A model generated the notes under the pieces. That model searched no databases, was not told where the DNA came from, and saw nothing but the letters and a program-made list of their open reading frames with translations. The translations under genes and the position numbers were made by a program. This document shows, piece by piece, positions 33,936-41,734 of a stretch of DNA of 64,000 bases. The DNA is from an uncultured Gammaproteobacteria bacterium (lineage in GTDB: Bacteria; Patescibacteriota; Patescibacteriia; Patescibacteriales; GWE2-39-37), in NCBI GenBank assembly GCA_964443495.1, contig CAYUCS010000001.1:2615-66614 (forward strand). Reading direction: 5' to 3'. The stretch's first letter is position 1; every line of letters begins with the position of its first letter.

Positions 33936-36725
33936 ATGCATAAACTCGAAAAAATGGGAAGAAAGTTGGCGCTGCCGCTTCTGGCGCTATGTTTGGCCTT
34001 TTTTGCCGCTGCGCCAGCAAAAGCGGCTACTGACATTTGGGAAAACATCAACCCGCCAGCGTTAAGCGGTACCATTTCAGCCATCGGCGCCATCGGCGAA
34101 TATGTCTATCTGGGCACCAGCCAAGGCATCTACAAAAGCAGTGATTACGGACAGAGCTGGGCGCTGACGAATGCCGGGCTATCTGATTTCAATGTCTCGT
34201 CTATCGCGATCGGCTGGGTTTACGGCGCGCCTTATACGTACGCACCTGACACGCCCGTTTATTTGGGAACGGCGGACGGCGTTTTTGTCTCGACCCTGAG
34301 CAGCACTACTTGGTCGCAGCTGCCAGAGACGAATAATTTGGCCGTAAACGACCTGAAAATCGACCAGTATCGGGAGCTTGGCGCCAACCCCTCCACTTTG
34401 TATATGGCCACGACGACTGCCGGCGGCCTTTACCGCAGCGACAATGCCGGAGTCAATTGGACGATCCAAGCGGCGGGGTTGAGCGGTGAGACAACCAAAA
34501 AACTTATTACCGACCTGATTGGCGGCAAGATTTTCGCAGTTACGGACACGAACAAGATCTTCGCCACCGATATGTATTCAGTCGGCTCGGTTAACGAGAA
34601 TTGGGTCGAGGCTTACGCGACCACGACGGCTATCAATAGCATTTCAAATAACAATTCGAACGGCCTGATCCAATACCTGTCAACGGATAGCGGCTTGTTC
34701 CGCTCGACCGACAATGGCGCCAACTGGGAAGATTGGAACGGTACTACGACGACCCGTTTGAGCGATCCATATATCAGGGCTATGACAACTGATTACGGTC
34801 CGCTTCAAGTTGCATTTGCCGCGGGGCAGGGTGGAGCATATTTCAGTGTTACAAATAACAGTAGCTTGATTGGTAATGTATGGAATAATGCTAACAAAGG
34901 CATGGGCAATGTCAGTTTGATCGATATCGTGACCAACCCAGCCAGCTCGACTTGCGTTTACGCCATCGGCACGACCTCGGCTTATCGGGTTATTTTTTCT
35001 GATATCAATAATGACATGGCTTTGAGCCTGCTGTCGGTCAACGATACGGTTTCGCCGGAAACGATCAGCGGCTTGAGCAGCAACGGGGCAGGAACCAGCA
35101 CCATGGAGCTGCAATGGCAAGCTGTAGGCGATGACGGCCTGGTCGGCCAGGCCACCGGGTACGACTTGCGCTATTCTACTTCGACCATCGATGAGGCCAA
35201 CTGGAACGTGGCAACGCAGGCGATTGGGGAGCCTTCACCGACGACCTCTTTAGCCTGGGAGACCTTTACCGTAACCGGCTTGGTGCCGGACTCGCGCTAT
35301 TATTTCGCGGTCAAGGCCATTGATGAGGTCGGCAACGCTTCGGCAATTTCCAACATCGCCAGCGCTTCGACATCGCCGCTCGGTGACGCGGAAAACCCTA
35401 CTACTCCGCTTGGCATGGCCATATCGTCGGCCTCAACCACTTATGTCTCATTGTCATGGTCCTCTTCGACTGACAATATCGGCGTTATCGGCTACAAGGT
35501 TTATCGGGCCACGACGACCGGGGCGCTGTCCCAAATCGGTACGACAAGCGCTATCAATTATACCGACACGAGCGCGGCCCCGTTGACGGTTTACATCTAC
35601 GGAGTCGGGGCTTATGATTCGGCCGGCAACACTTCGCCCATGTCAGCTACGACCTCGACTTCGACGCTGCCGGTGGCGCCGAGCGGTTTCACCGCTTCAG
35701 CCGTTTCAACATCGGGCATTAATCTGTCTTGGACGGCGACTGCCGGCGATGTCGCGTATTATATCGTTTATCGCGGCGGCACGCAGATCGCTACGACCAC
35801 CAATACTTCGTATTCCGACACTGGGCTGTCGGCCTCGACGGCATATAGCTATGGCTTGCGGGTTTATTCCGGATCGGGTCATTTGAGCGCCGCGGCTGCG
35901 GCGTCGGCCACGACTCAGGCCAACCAAGTGTCCGGTGGCGGCGGAGGGGGAGGCGGCGGATCCATTTCATTGACCTGTTCAAGCTGGACCTATTCCGCCT
36001 GGAGCGCTTGTGTCAACGGACAACAAACCAGGACGATCCTGACATCGTCGCCTAGCGGATGCACCGGAGGCTCGCCTGTCTTGACTCTATCTTGCACGGC
36101 CAGCGCTTCGACTACGGCAACGACGACATCGTCAAGCAGCGGCACGGCCGCGACAACTACTGCATCAGGAGCTACGGCAACGGGAGCGCAAGACGCGCCG
36201 GCGGACACGGACAAGGACGGACTCTTGAATGATTTCGAGCAGGCCCTGGGGACCGACCCCCTGAAAGCCGACTCTGATGGTGACGGCTTCAGCGACAAGG
36301 ATGAGCTGCAGAAGGACTTCAGTCCGGTGTCGGCAGGCAAAAAAATGGCAATCGACCCGGTGTTCACCAAAAAACATCAAGGCAAGGTCTTCTTGCAGGT
36401 TGATAAGAAAGGGCAGGCCTGGTATGTGAATCCTAAGGATCTGAAGCGGTATTATTTGGGCAGACCTTCGAACGCCTTCGAAGTGATGCGCCGGCAAGGC
36501 TTGGGCGTGAGGCATGAAGTGATCGAAAAGACCAAGGTTTACCCCGCCAGGCTCGTCGGCCGGATCCTGATAGACGTCGAGGACAAGGGCCGGGCTTATT
36601 ATATCAATCCTAAGGACGCCAAGGCTTATTACTTGGGCCGTCCAGCCGACGCCTTTGAAATTATGCGCCGGTTAGGTGTCGGCATAACTTCGATTAATCT
36701 GGACAAGATTGCAGTTGGATTCTAA
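33936..36725 (+). CDS. Large secreted surface protein: BNR/Asp-box propeller region, three FN3 domains, Gly8/Thr-Ser linker, thrombospondin type-3-like Ca-binding repeats, duplicated C-terminal ~50-aa module
   Basis: Signal peptide. Asp-boxes (SSDYGQSW, RSDNAGVNW, STDNGANW). FN3-like repeats with YxV/YxY patterns. GGGGGGGG run. DTDKDGLLND...DSDGDGFSDKDE. Duplicated module QAWYVNPKDLKRYYLGRPSNAFEVMRRQGLG / RAYYINPKDAKAYYLGRPADAFEIMRRLGVG. Confidence 0.8.
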   Translation: MHKLEKMGRKLALPLLALCLAFFAAAPAKAATDIWENINPPALSGTISAIGAIGEYVYLGTSQGIYKSSDYGQSWALTNAGLSDFNVSSIAIGWVYGAPYTYAPDTPVYLGTADGVFVSTLSSTTWSQLPETNNLAVNDLKIDQYRELGANPSTLYMATTTAGGLYRSDNAGVNWTIQAAGLSGETTKKLITDLIGGKIFAVTDTNKIFATDMYSVGSVNENWVEAYATTTAINSISNNNSNGLIQYLSTDSGLFRSTDNGANWEDWNGTTTTRLSDPYIRAMTTDYGPLQVAFAAGQGGAYFSVTNNSSLIGNVWNNANKGMGNVSLIDIVTNPASSTCVYAIGTTSAYRVIFSDINNDMALSLLSVNDTVSPETISGLSSNGAGTSTMELQWQAVGDDGLVGQATGYDLRYSTSTIDEANWNVATQAIGEPSPTTSLAWETFTVTGLVPDSRYYFAVKAIDEVGNASAISNIASASTSPLGDAENPTTPLGMAISSASTTYVSLSWSSSTDNIGVIGYKVYRATTTGALSQIGTTSAINYTDTSAAPLTVYIYGVGAYDSAGNTSPMSATTSTSTLPVAPSGFTASAVSTSGINLSWTATAGDVAYYIVYRGGTQIATTTNTSYSDTGLSASTAYSYGLRVYSGSGHLSAAAAASATTQANQVSGGGGGGGGGSISLTCSSWTYSAWSACVNGQQTRTILTSSPSGCTGGSPVLTLSCTASASTTATTTSSSSGTAATTTASGATATGAQDAPADTDKDGLLNDFEQALGTDPLKADSDGDGFSDKDELQKDFSPVSAGKKMAIDPVFTKKHQGKVFLQVDKKGQAWYVNPKDLKRYYLGRPSNAFEVMRRQGLGVRHEVIEKTKVYPARLVGRILIDVEDKGRAYYINPKDAKAYYLGRPADAFEIMRRLGVGITSINLDKIAVGF

Positions 36726-36760
36726 TTTAACTAATATTAGCTAATTATTAATAACATATA

Positions 36761-36789
36761 TTGACATATTTGTCAAAATATGCTATTAT
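36761..36789 (+). promoter_or_regulatory. Sigma70-type promoter
   Basis: TTGACA (36761-36766), 17-nt spacer, TATTAT (36784-36789). The -35 box is part of the palindrome TTGACAtattTGTCAA. Confidence 0.55.
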
Positions 36790-36840
36790 TTAATTACAAA
36801 ATGATCATTACAATCTCATAATAGAAAGGGAGAGAACCTC

Positions 36841-37566
36841 ATGAAAAAGCTTGTTGCAGCAGCAATATTATCCATCTTAGGAACCACCAATGTCCAAGCC
36901 GCCTGCGTTCCAGGCGACACCACCCCACCGCCGGCGGTATCGATCACCATTCCCGCCAATACCATCTCATCTGATGGGGCGTTCATACTATTTAATGCCC
37001 CAAACGATCCGAGCGGACTCGGAAATTATCAAATACGCGTTTCTAAGGTTGGCTTTACAATCAGAAATTTTGCAACTGCAACAGCATCAACAAATCAGCC
37101 GCAGGGTACGCCCGGAGCCAGCGAGGCAATTAACATTTCCGGCCTAGTGCCCAACACCAAGTATTATGTCGCAGTGAAACCTGTGGATGGTTGTGGAAAC
37201 GTTTCTTCCACGGTCATGTCGAATGTCATTACATTCACCACGCCGCCACCACCACCCACACCAGTAAAGCCCCAGGTGATTATCAGCTGGGATTACATGA
37301 CCGCGGACAACAGTCCCGGTTTCACGCTTTACGGTTTCCGGGCATACTACGGCAACAAGAGTCGGACTGATCCGACATTCGCTGGCTGGCCAAACTATGT
37401 CGAGGTCTCAGGACTGACCAACTCGTCGACCATCACATTTCCCGACATGGCAGCGGCAAGCGAGGCAACCTATTATGTGGTTACCGCACTTTACACCGTC
37501 AATGGAACGGGAGAGATGAAGGAGTCTGCCGAGTCAAAAGAAGAGGTATATGTTCCCTGGAACTGA
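36841..37566 (+). CDS. Secreted FN3-domain protein (241 aa)
   Basis: Signal peptide MKKLVAAAILSILGTTNVQA. FN3-like segment YQIRVSK...GLVPNTKYYVAVKPVDGCGN, similar to the FN3 repeats of the upstream gene. Confidence 0.65.
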   Translation: MKKLVAAAILSILGTTNVQAACVPGDTTPPPAVSITIPANTISSDGAFILFNAPNDPSGLGNYQIRVSKVGFTIRNFATATASTNQPQGTPGASEAINISGLVPNTKYYVAVKPVDGCGNVSSTVMSNVITFTTPPPPPTPVKPQVIISWDYMTADNSPGFTLYGFRAYYGNKSRTDPTFAGWPNYVEVSGLTNSSTITFPDMAAASEATYYVVTALYTVNGTGEMKESAESKEEVYVPWN

Positions 37567-37585
37567 ACTGATCTTTGTAACAACG

Positions 37586-37616
37586 GGGGAGACACGAGTC
37601 TCCCCTTATTTTTTTG
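37586..37616 (+). terminator. Rho-independent terminator
   Basis: GGGGAGAC-acga-GTCTCCCC followed by ttattttttt. Confidence 0.85.
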
Positions 37617-37619
37617 TAT

Positions 37620-37648
37620 TTGACAATTTTGTAATAATATTTTAATGT
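37620..37648 (+). promoter_or_regulatory. Sigma70-type promoter of the glyQS leader
   Basis: TTGACA (37620-37625), 17-nt spacer, TAATGT (37643-37648). Confidence 0.55.
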
Positions 37649-37654
37649 AAATTT

Positions 37655-37786
37655 TACCGAGGGAGTTTGGCACCCTCGGACAACAGAATAAAAGTGCTCG
37701 CCAGAAAGGCGGGAAAGCGGGTGGAACCGCGGGCCTGAGGCTCGTCCCGAACATTTAATACTTAAATGTTTAGGACGGGCTTTTTT
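37655..37786 (+). promoter_or_regulatory. T-box riboswitch leader (glycine-specific, transcription-termination type) with a very short Stem I-like hairpin
   Basis: T-box sequence AAAGCGGGTGGAACCGCGGG (37714-37733). The UGGA bulge fits a U73 discriminator (tRNA-Gly). Hairpin CCGAGGG-AGTTTGGCA-CCCTCGG (37657-37679) has GGC followed by A in its loop. Terminator helix 37740-37780 is followed by TTTTTT (37781-37786). Lies directly upstream of glyQS. Confidence 0.75.
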
Positions 37787-37804
37787 CGTCCTAAGGCAAA
37801 ACGT

Positions 37805-39205
37805 ATGGAACAATCAGTAAAATCAATGGAAAAGGTCGTCTCTCTATGCAAGCGCCGCGGTTTCGTTTTCCCGGGCTCGGAGATTTACGGCGGCATGGCC
37901 AATTCTTGGGACTACGGCCCCTATGGCACCGAGTTGAAGAACAACATCGCCAAGGCCTGGTGGAAGACTTTCGTGCAGTTGCGCGATGACGTCGTCGGCT
38001 TGGACTCGGCCATTATTACCAATCCTAAGGTCTGGGAAGCCTCCGGCCATGTGGCCAACTTCAACGATCCGTTGGTCGATTGCAAGGCTTGCAAGACCAG
38101 GCATCGCGGCGACAAGCTGCTCGAGGCCGTCATCGGCGTCGATGAAACGGCCGCTATCCCGTTCGAGCAGGTCGGACAGAAGCTGAACGATCTCAAAATC
38201 AAATGCCCTGATTGCGGCAAATCCGATTGGACCGACGCACGGCGCTTCAACCTGCTGTTCGAGACGAACGTCGGTGTGCTTCAAGACGCCAAGAACAAGG
38301 CGTATTTGCGCGGCGAGACCGCTCAGGGTATCTTCATTAACTTCAAGAATGTGGTGAATACCATGCGCAAGAAGCTGCCGTTCGGCATCGCCCAGGTCGG
38401 AAAGGCCTTCCGCAACGAAATTACTCCTGGCAACTTCATCTTCCGTACCCGCGAGTTCGAGCAGATGGAAATCGAATATTTCATCAAGCCGCCTCAGACT
38501 GAGGACGAATGGCGCAAGCCGTTCGAGGAATGGCAGAACCAGATCAAGAAGTTCTTCGCTGAAGACTTGGGCCTGTCCGATGAGAATATGCGCTGGCGCC
38601 GCCACGACGAGAACGAGCGCTCGTTCTATTCCAAGGATACTTATGATGTCGAATACAATTATCCGACTCTGGGTTGGGGCGAGTTGCACGGCTTTGCCTA
38701 CCGCACCGATTATGATTTGCAGCAGCATATCAAATATTCCGGCGTCGACTTGTCGTACACCGATGACGAGGGCAACAAGTTCGTGCCGCATTGCATTGAG
38801 CCGTCTTTCGGCTTGACCCGCACGCTGCTGGCAGTCCTGCTCGAGGCTTACAACGAAGAAGAAGTGAAAGAAGGCGATGTGCGCACGGTCTTGAAGTTCA
38901 AGCCGGCTATCGCGCCGATCAAGGTGGCGGTCTTCCCGTTGCTCAAGAACAAGCCCGAGCTGGTCGCCAAGGCCCGCGAGGTGTTTTCTGAGTTGCGCCA
39001 GATTTGGATGTGCGAATTCGATGACAACGGCAATGTCGGCAAGCGCTACCGCCGCCAGGACGAGATCGGCACGCCATACTGCGTGACCGTCGATTTCGAC
39101 ACCTTGGAGAAGGGCGTGGTGACCGTGCGCGATCGCGATACGATGGAGCAGGCGACAGTGAAGCTCGAGGAGCTAAAAAGTTACCTGGCAGCGAAATTGA
39201 TATAA
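37805..39205 (+). CDS. glyQS: Glycine--tRNA ligase (dimeric alpha2 class II type)
   Basis: MEKVVSLCKRRGFVFPGSEIYGG start, class II motifs (FRNEITPGNFIFRTREFEQMEIEYF, GLTR). I prefer ATG 37805 (SD-like AAGG 8 nt upstream). The track start at 37766 lies inside the T-box terminator. Confidence 0.95.
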   Translation: MEQSVKSMEKVVSLCKRRGFVFPGSEIYGGMANSWDYGPYGTELKNNIAKAWWKTFVQLRDDVVGLDSAIITNPKVWEASGHVANFNDPLVDCKACKTRHRGDKLLEAVIGVDETAAIPFEQVGQKLNDLKIKCPDCGKSDWTDARRFNLLFETNVGVLQDAKNKAYLRGETAQGIFINFKNVVNTMRKKLPFGIAQVGKAFRNEITPGNFIFRTREFEQMEIEYFIKPPQTEDEWRKPFEEWQNQIKKFFAEDLGLSDENMRWRRHDENERSFYSKDTYDVEYNYPTLGWGELHGFAYRTDYDLQQHIKYSGVDLSYTDDEGNKFVPHCIEPSFGLTRTLLAVLLEAYNEEEVKEGDVRTVLKFKPAIAPIKVAVFPLLKNKPELVAKAREVFSELRQIWMCEFDDNGNVGKRYRRQDEIGTPYCVTVDFDTLEKGVVTVRDRDTMEQATVKLEELKSYLAAKLI

Positions 39206-39221
39206 AAGGAGGTGGTCTTGA

Positions 39222-39548
39222 GTGGCTAGGCACACGAAGTGTCCTTTGTGTACGCGGCTGATCGGTCCGGATGATGAGGTGGCATTGTGCCGTCTCGAAG
39301 AGTATAAGCGGAGACGGCGGGTACATTTGTTATGCTTTATTCGGCGGAATTTTACCGTTGTATCCAGCGAAGCATGCCATCTTTCCGACAAGGAGCTAGT
39401 GTTGGCGCAAAGGCTATGTAATTGGTGTCGTGGGTATCGGCTCGTCGCCGAGATGGGCCGCACCGGACAGTCGATTTGTCCGAGTTGCCATGCCAAGCTG
39501 TCGGCGCTCTTCCAAGAAAGCAAGGAGGCCAACAAGGAGTATTATTGA
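39222..39548 (+). CDS. Hypothetical zinc-ribbon protein (108 aa)
   Basis: SD AAAGGAGGTG followed by GTG 39222. CxxC pairs (CPLC, CNWC, CPSC). Begins 17 nt after the glyQS stop. Confidence 0.5.
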   Translation: MARHTKCPLCTRLIGPDDEVALCRLEEYKRRRRVHLLCFIRRNFTVVSSEACHLSDKELVLAQRLCNWCRGYRLVAEMGRTGQSICPSCHAKLSALFQESKEANKEYY

Positions 39549-39576
39549 GGCGGTAGCGATACCGCCTCTTTTTTTT
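39547..39576 (+). terminator. Rho-independent terminator
   Basis: GAGGCGGTA-gcga-TACCGCCTC followed by an 8-T run. Confidence 0.85.
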
Positions 39577-39651
39577 CTCGTAAAAAGCCAACAGCTTTTG
39601 CATGGTCGGCAATCCATGCCCCTTGCCAAAAAAAACAGCTAAGGCGGAGCC

Positions 39652-40005
39652 TTAGCTGGTGAAGGAGAGCAGTCTGGACGGTTCAAGCGGGCAGAAGCAG
39701 GAAACGAAAACTCCGCGAGTCTGTCCGAGATTGATGCAAGCATTCAGCTGCCTGATGAATATGAGCGCTTCTCGAGCGGCGCCCTGCCCGACAGCTTCAT
39801 CGCCGCAGTCGCAGTAAAATAGCGACGTAGCGACCCATTCGCGGTCGAGCGTGGCGCCGAACATCCGGTACCCGTCTTCCAGGACATTGCGCCAGAATAC
39901 GAAGTAATCGGCGGCTTGCAGGAAAAACTGCTGTTCTTCGCTGATTCTTGCCAGGTCGGCGCTTCTTGCCGAGGTGGCATGTGACAAAAGGGCTGGAGCT
40001 AACAT
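39652..40005 (-). CDS. Hypothetical protein (117 aa from the SD-supported start)
   Basis: Minus-strand SD AAAGGAGGTGcaccATG gives a start at 40005. No recognised domain. Confidence 0.45.
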   Translation of the reverse strand: MLAPALLSHATSARSADLARISEEQQFFLQAADYFVFWRNVLEDGYRMFGATLDREWVATSLFYCDCGDEAVGQGAAREALIFIRQLNACINLGQTRGVFVSCFCPLEPSRLLSFTS

Positions 40006-40182
40006 GGTGCACCTCCTTTGTGCTTTAAGCACAGAAACTGCCGTTGATCGCTCCGAAAAATATTTAAATATATTATACCACCATTAAGAAAAGATTAAAG
40101 AGCTTTTTAAGGTGATGGCATTTGTCATAAAATCAGACGTATGGTATAAAATAAGAAGCTAATTAAATAAACGTCGATTATT

Positions 40183-40356
40183 ATGATAAAAGTTGACCAA
40201 GTCACCTGCATCGGTTGCGGCACCTGTGTCGCGCTATGTCCGAAGGTTTTTACTATCAATGCCGATGGCAAATCGCAGGTGATCAGCCAGGAAGATGTCG
40301 AGTGTGCCAAGAATGCGGCCGCCAGCTGCCCGGTGCAGGCTATTTCCGTAGAATAA
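40183..40356 (+). CDS. fdx: Small single-cluster ferredoxin (57 aa), absent from the ORF track because it is under 60 aa
   Basis: Hand translation: MIKVDQVTCIGCGTCVALCPKVFTINADGKSQVISQEDVECAKNAAASCPVQAISVE. It has CxxCxxC...CP plus a distal CP, the classic short Fe-S ferredoxin pattern. Followed by a terminator. Confidence 0.8.
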   Translation: MIKVDQVTCIGCGTCVALCPKVFTINADGKSQVISQEDVECAKNAAASCPVQAISVE

Positions 40357-40377
40357 TCATCCCTGAGAATATTAAAA

Positions 40378-40407
40378 TCAACCCCCTGTAGGGGGGTTGA
40401 TTTTTTT
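40378..40407 (+). terminator. Rho-independent terminator
   Basis: TCAACCCCC-tgta-GGGGGGTTGA followed by ttttttt. Confidence 0.85.
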
Positions 40408-40512
40408 GCGTTTTTGTGGTAAGAATAAGGCAATTTGTTCATTGATTTCCGAGCTTGAATCAGCTTTTTCAAGGCCAGGACGACAAAAAACAGCTTCAAG
40501 AAAGGAGCGCGC

Positions 40513-41652
40513 ATGAAAACGAATGAAAGGGTTTTGGTGATTCTGGCAGCATTGGCTATTATCATCGGATTCACTACCCCGGGGGCGATGGCCGCCGGCC
40601 GCTTGGTCAGCGACATGAAATTGTACAAGCCGCCTTTGGCGGTCGGTACGGCGAATCGGGAGCTGGCAGTGCCGCAGGGAAACAAGGTGCACCAGGTAGT
40701 GAAGTCTGCTGAAGGCAAGTTCGAGATCCAGACGATAAGCCTGATCGATCCAGGCGTGCCCTATCTGTCCGGCAAAGCGGAGCTGACCATGAATTTCGTG
40801 CAGCAGGTACTGCTTTACCGCAATCGGCTGTATGTCCTCGGCGGCTACAATGCCAGCCATTTCATCCAGGTTATCCATGTCGGCGATGTCGTGCCGAAGC
40901 TTGGCGGGGTCGTGTCAACGCTGACCGATGCCAAGTCTATGGCGATCTGCAGGGGGTGGCTTGGGGTCATCGGCGATGACAAGCTGCAGCTTTTCAATCT
41001 GGATAAGCCGGATAAGCCGAAGCTTAAGGAAACTTATCGCGAGGCCCAGGGAGGTTTTACCGACATCGAGATGAAAGGGCTCAGAGCCTATGTGCTGATG
41101 CATGTTCCGGGCCAGCAATCGAGGATCGCGGTCTATGCGATCAGCGAGTACCGCGAAGTCGAAAAGCTCGTTTCGGTGCCGGTCGGCCCCTTCGTCTCGA
41201 CCTTGACCCTGTTGGATGAGTTCAACAACGGCTTCATTCTGGCCATGGGGATGGAGGAACCGAGGCTTTATGAGACGTATTTCTCGTCTCGGCCCAAGCT
41301 CGAGGTGAGGGCCTATTTCGAGGCCTTCGCCATCGACAATGACGGCAGGCTCAGGCCGATCAACCCGCCGACAACCTCGAACAAAGAGATGGTGGTGGCG
41401 GTGGCGTCTAGCGAAGATTCGTCATTGTATCTGGCGATCCAGGAGTGGTCTTGGAACCAGCAACAAGGCGCGTACGCTTGCCGCCCGGTCATCAAGAAAT
41501 TCGATGTCTCTTCGGGAGGGTTCCGCCCGAGCGGCGCCACCGGGACAGGGGTCACCTATCCGGTGTTCATGCAACAGATGGGCGACGGCCTCTATGTTTA
41601 CGGACCTGATTTCGACGGCGTCCAGCGACTGGAGGTTTTCCAGATTAGGTAA
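40513..41652 (+). CDS. Secreted hypothetical protein, probable beta-propeller (LVIVD-repeat-like)
   Basis: SD AAAGGAGcgcgcATG. Signal peptide. Repeated beta-strand-rich units (LYVLGGY, LRAYVLMH, LYLAIQEW, LYVYGPD). Confidence 0.55.
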   Translation: MKTNERVLVILAALAIIIGFTTPGAMAAGRLVSDMKLYKPPLAVGTANRELAVPQGNKVHQVVKSAEGKFEIQTISLIDPGVPYLSGKAELTMNFVQQVLLYRNRLYVLGGYNASHFIQVIHVGDVVPKLGGVVSTLTDAKSMAICRGWLGVIGDDKLQLFNLDKPDKPKLKETYREAQGGFTDIEMKGLRAYVLMHVPGQQSRIAVYAISEYREVEKLVSVPVGPFVSTLTLLDEFNNGFILAMGMEEPRLYETYFSSRPKLEVRAYFEAFAIDNDGRLRPINPPTTSNKEMVVAVASSEDSSLYLAIQEWSWNQQQGAYACRPVIKKFDVSSGGFRPSGATGTGVTYPVFMQQMGDGLYVYGPDFDGVQRLEVFQIR

Positions 41653-41734
41653 GGTTTTCTCGGCCGCCCGGTATCACACCGGTGCGGCCCTTTTTTATGG
41701 ACAAATATCGTGCCGATGTTAATATACAGGTAAT

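Noticed and set aside
37766-37804. Track start codon for glyQS at 37766
   Set aside because: It lies inside the T-box terminator helix and U-tract. The conserved GlyRS N-terminus begins after ATG 37805, which also has an SD-like AAGG upstream.
40125-40718. 197-aa minus-strand ORF from the track
   Set aside because: It is antisense to the well-supported 57-aa ferredoxin gene and overlaps the start of the SD-supported secreted protein at 40513. It has no SD and no recognisable motifs, and its composition is odd. I treat it as spurious.
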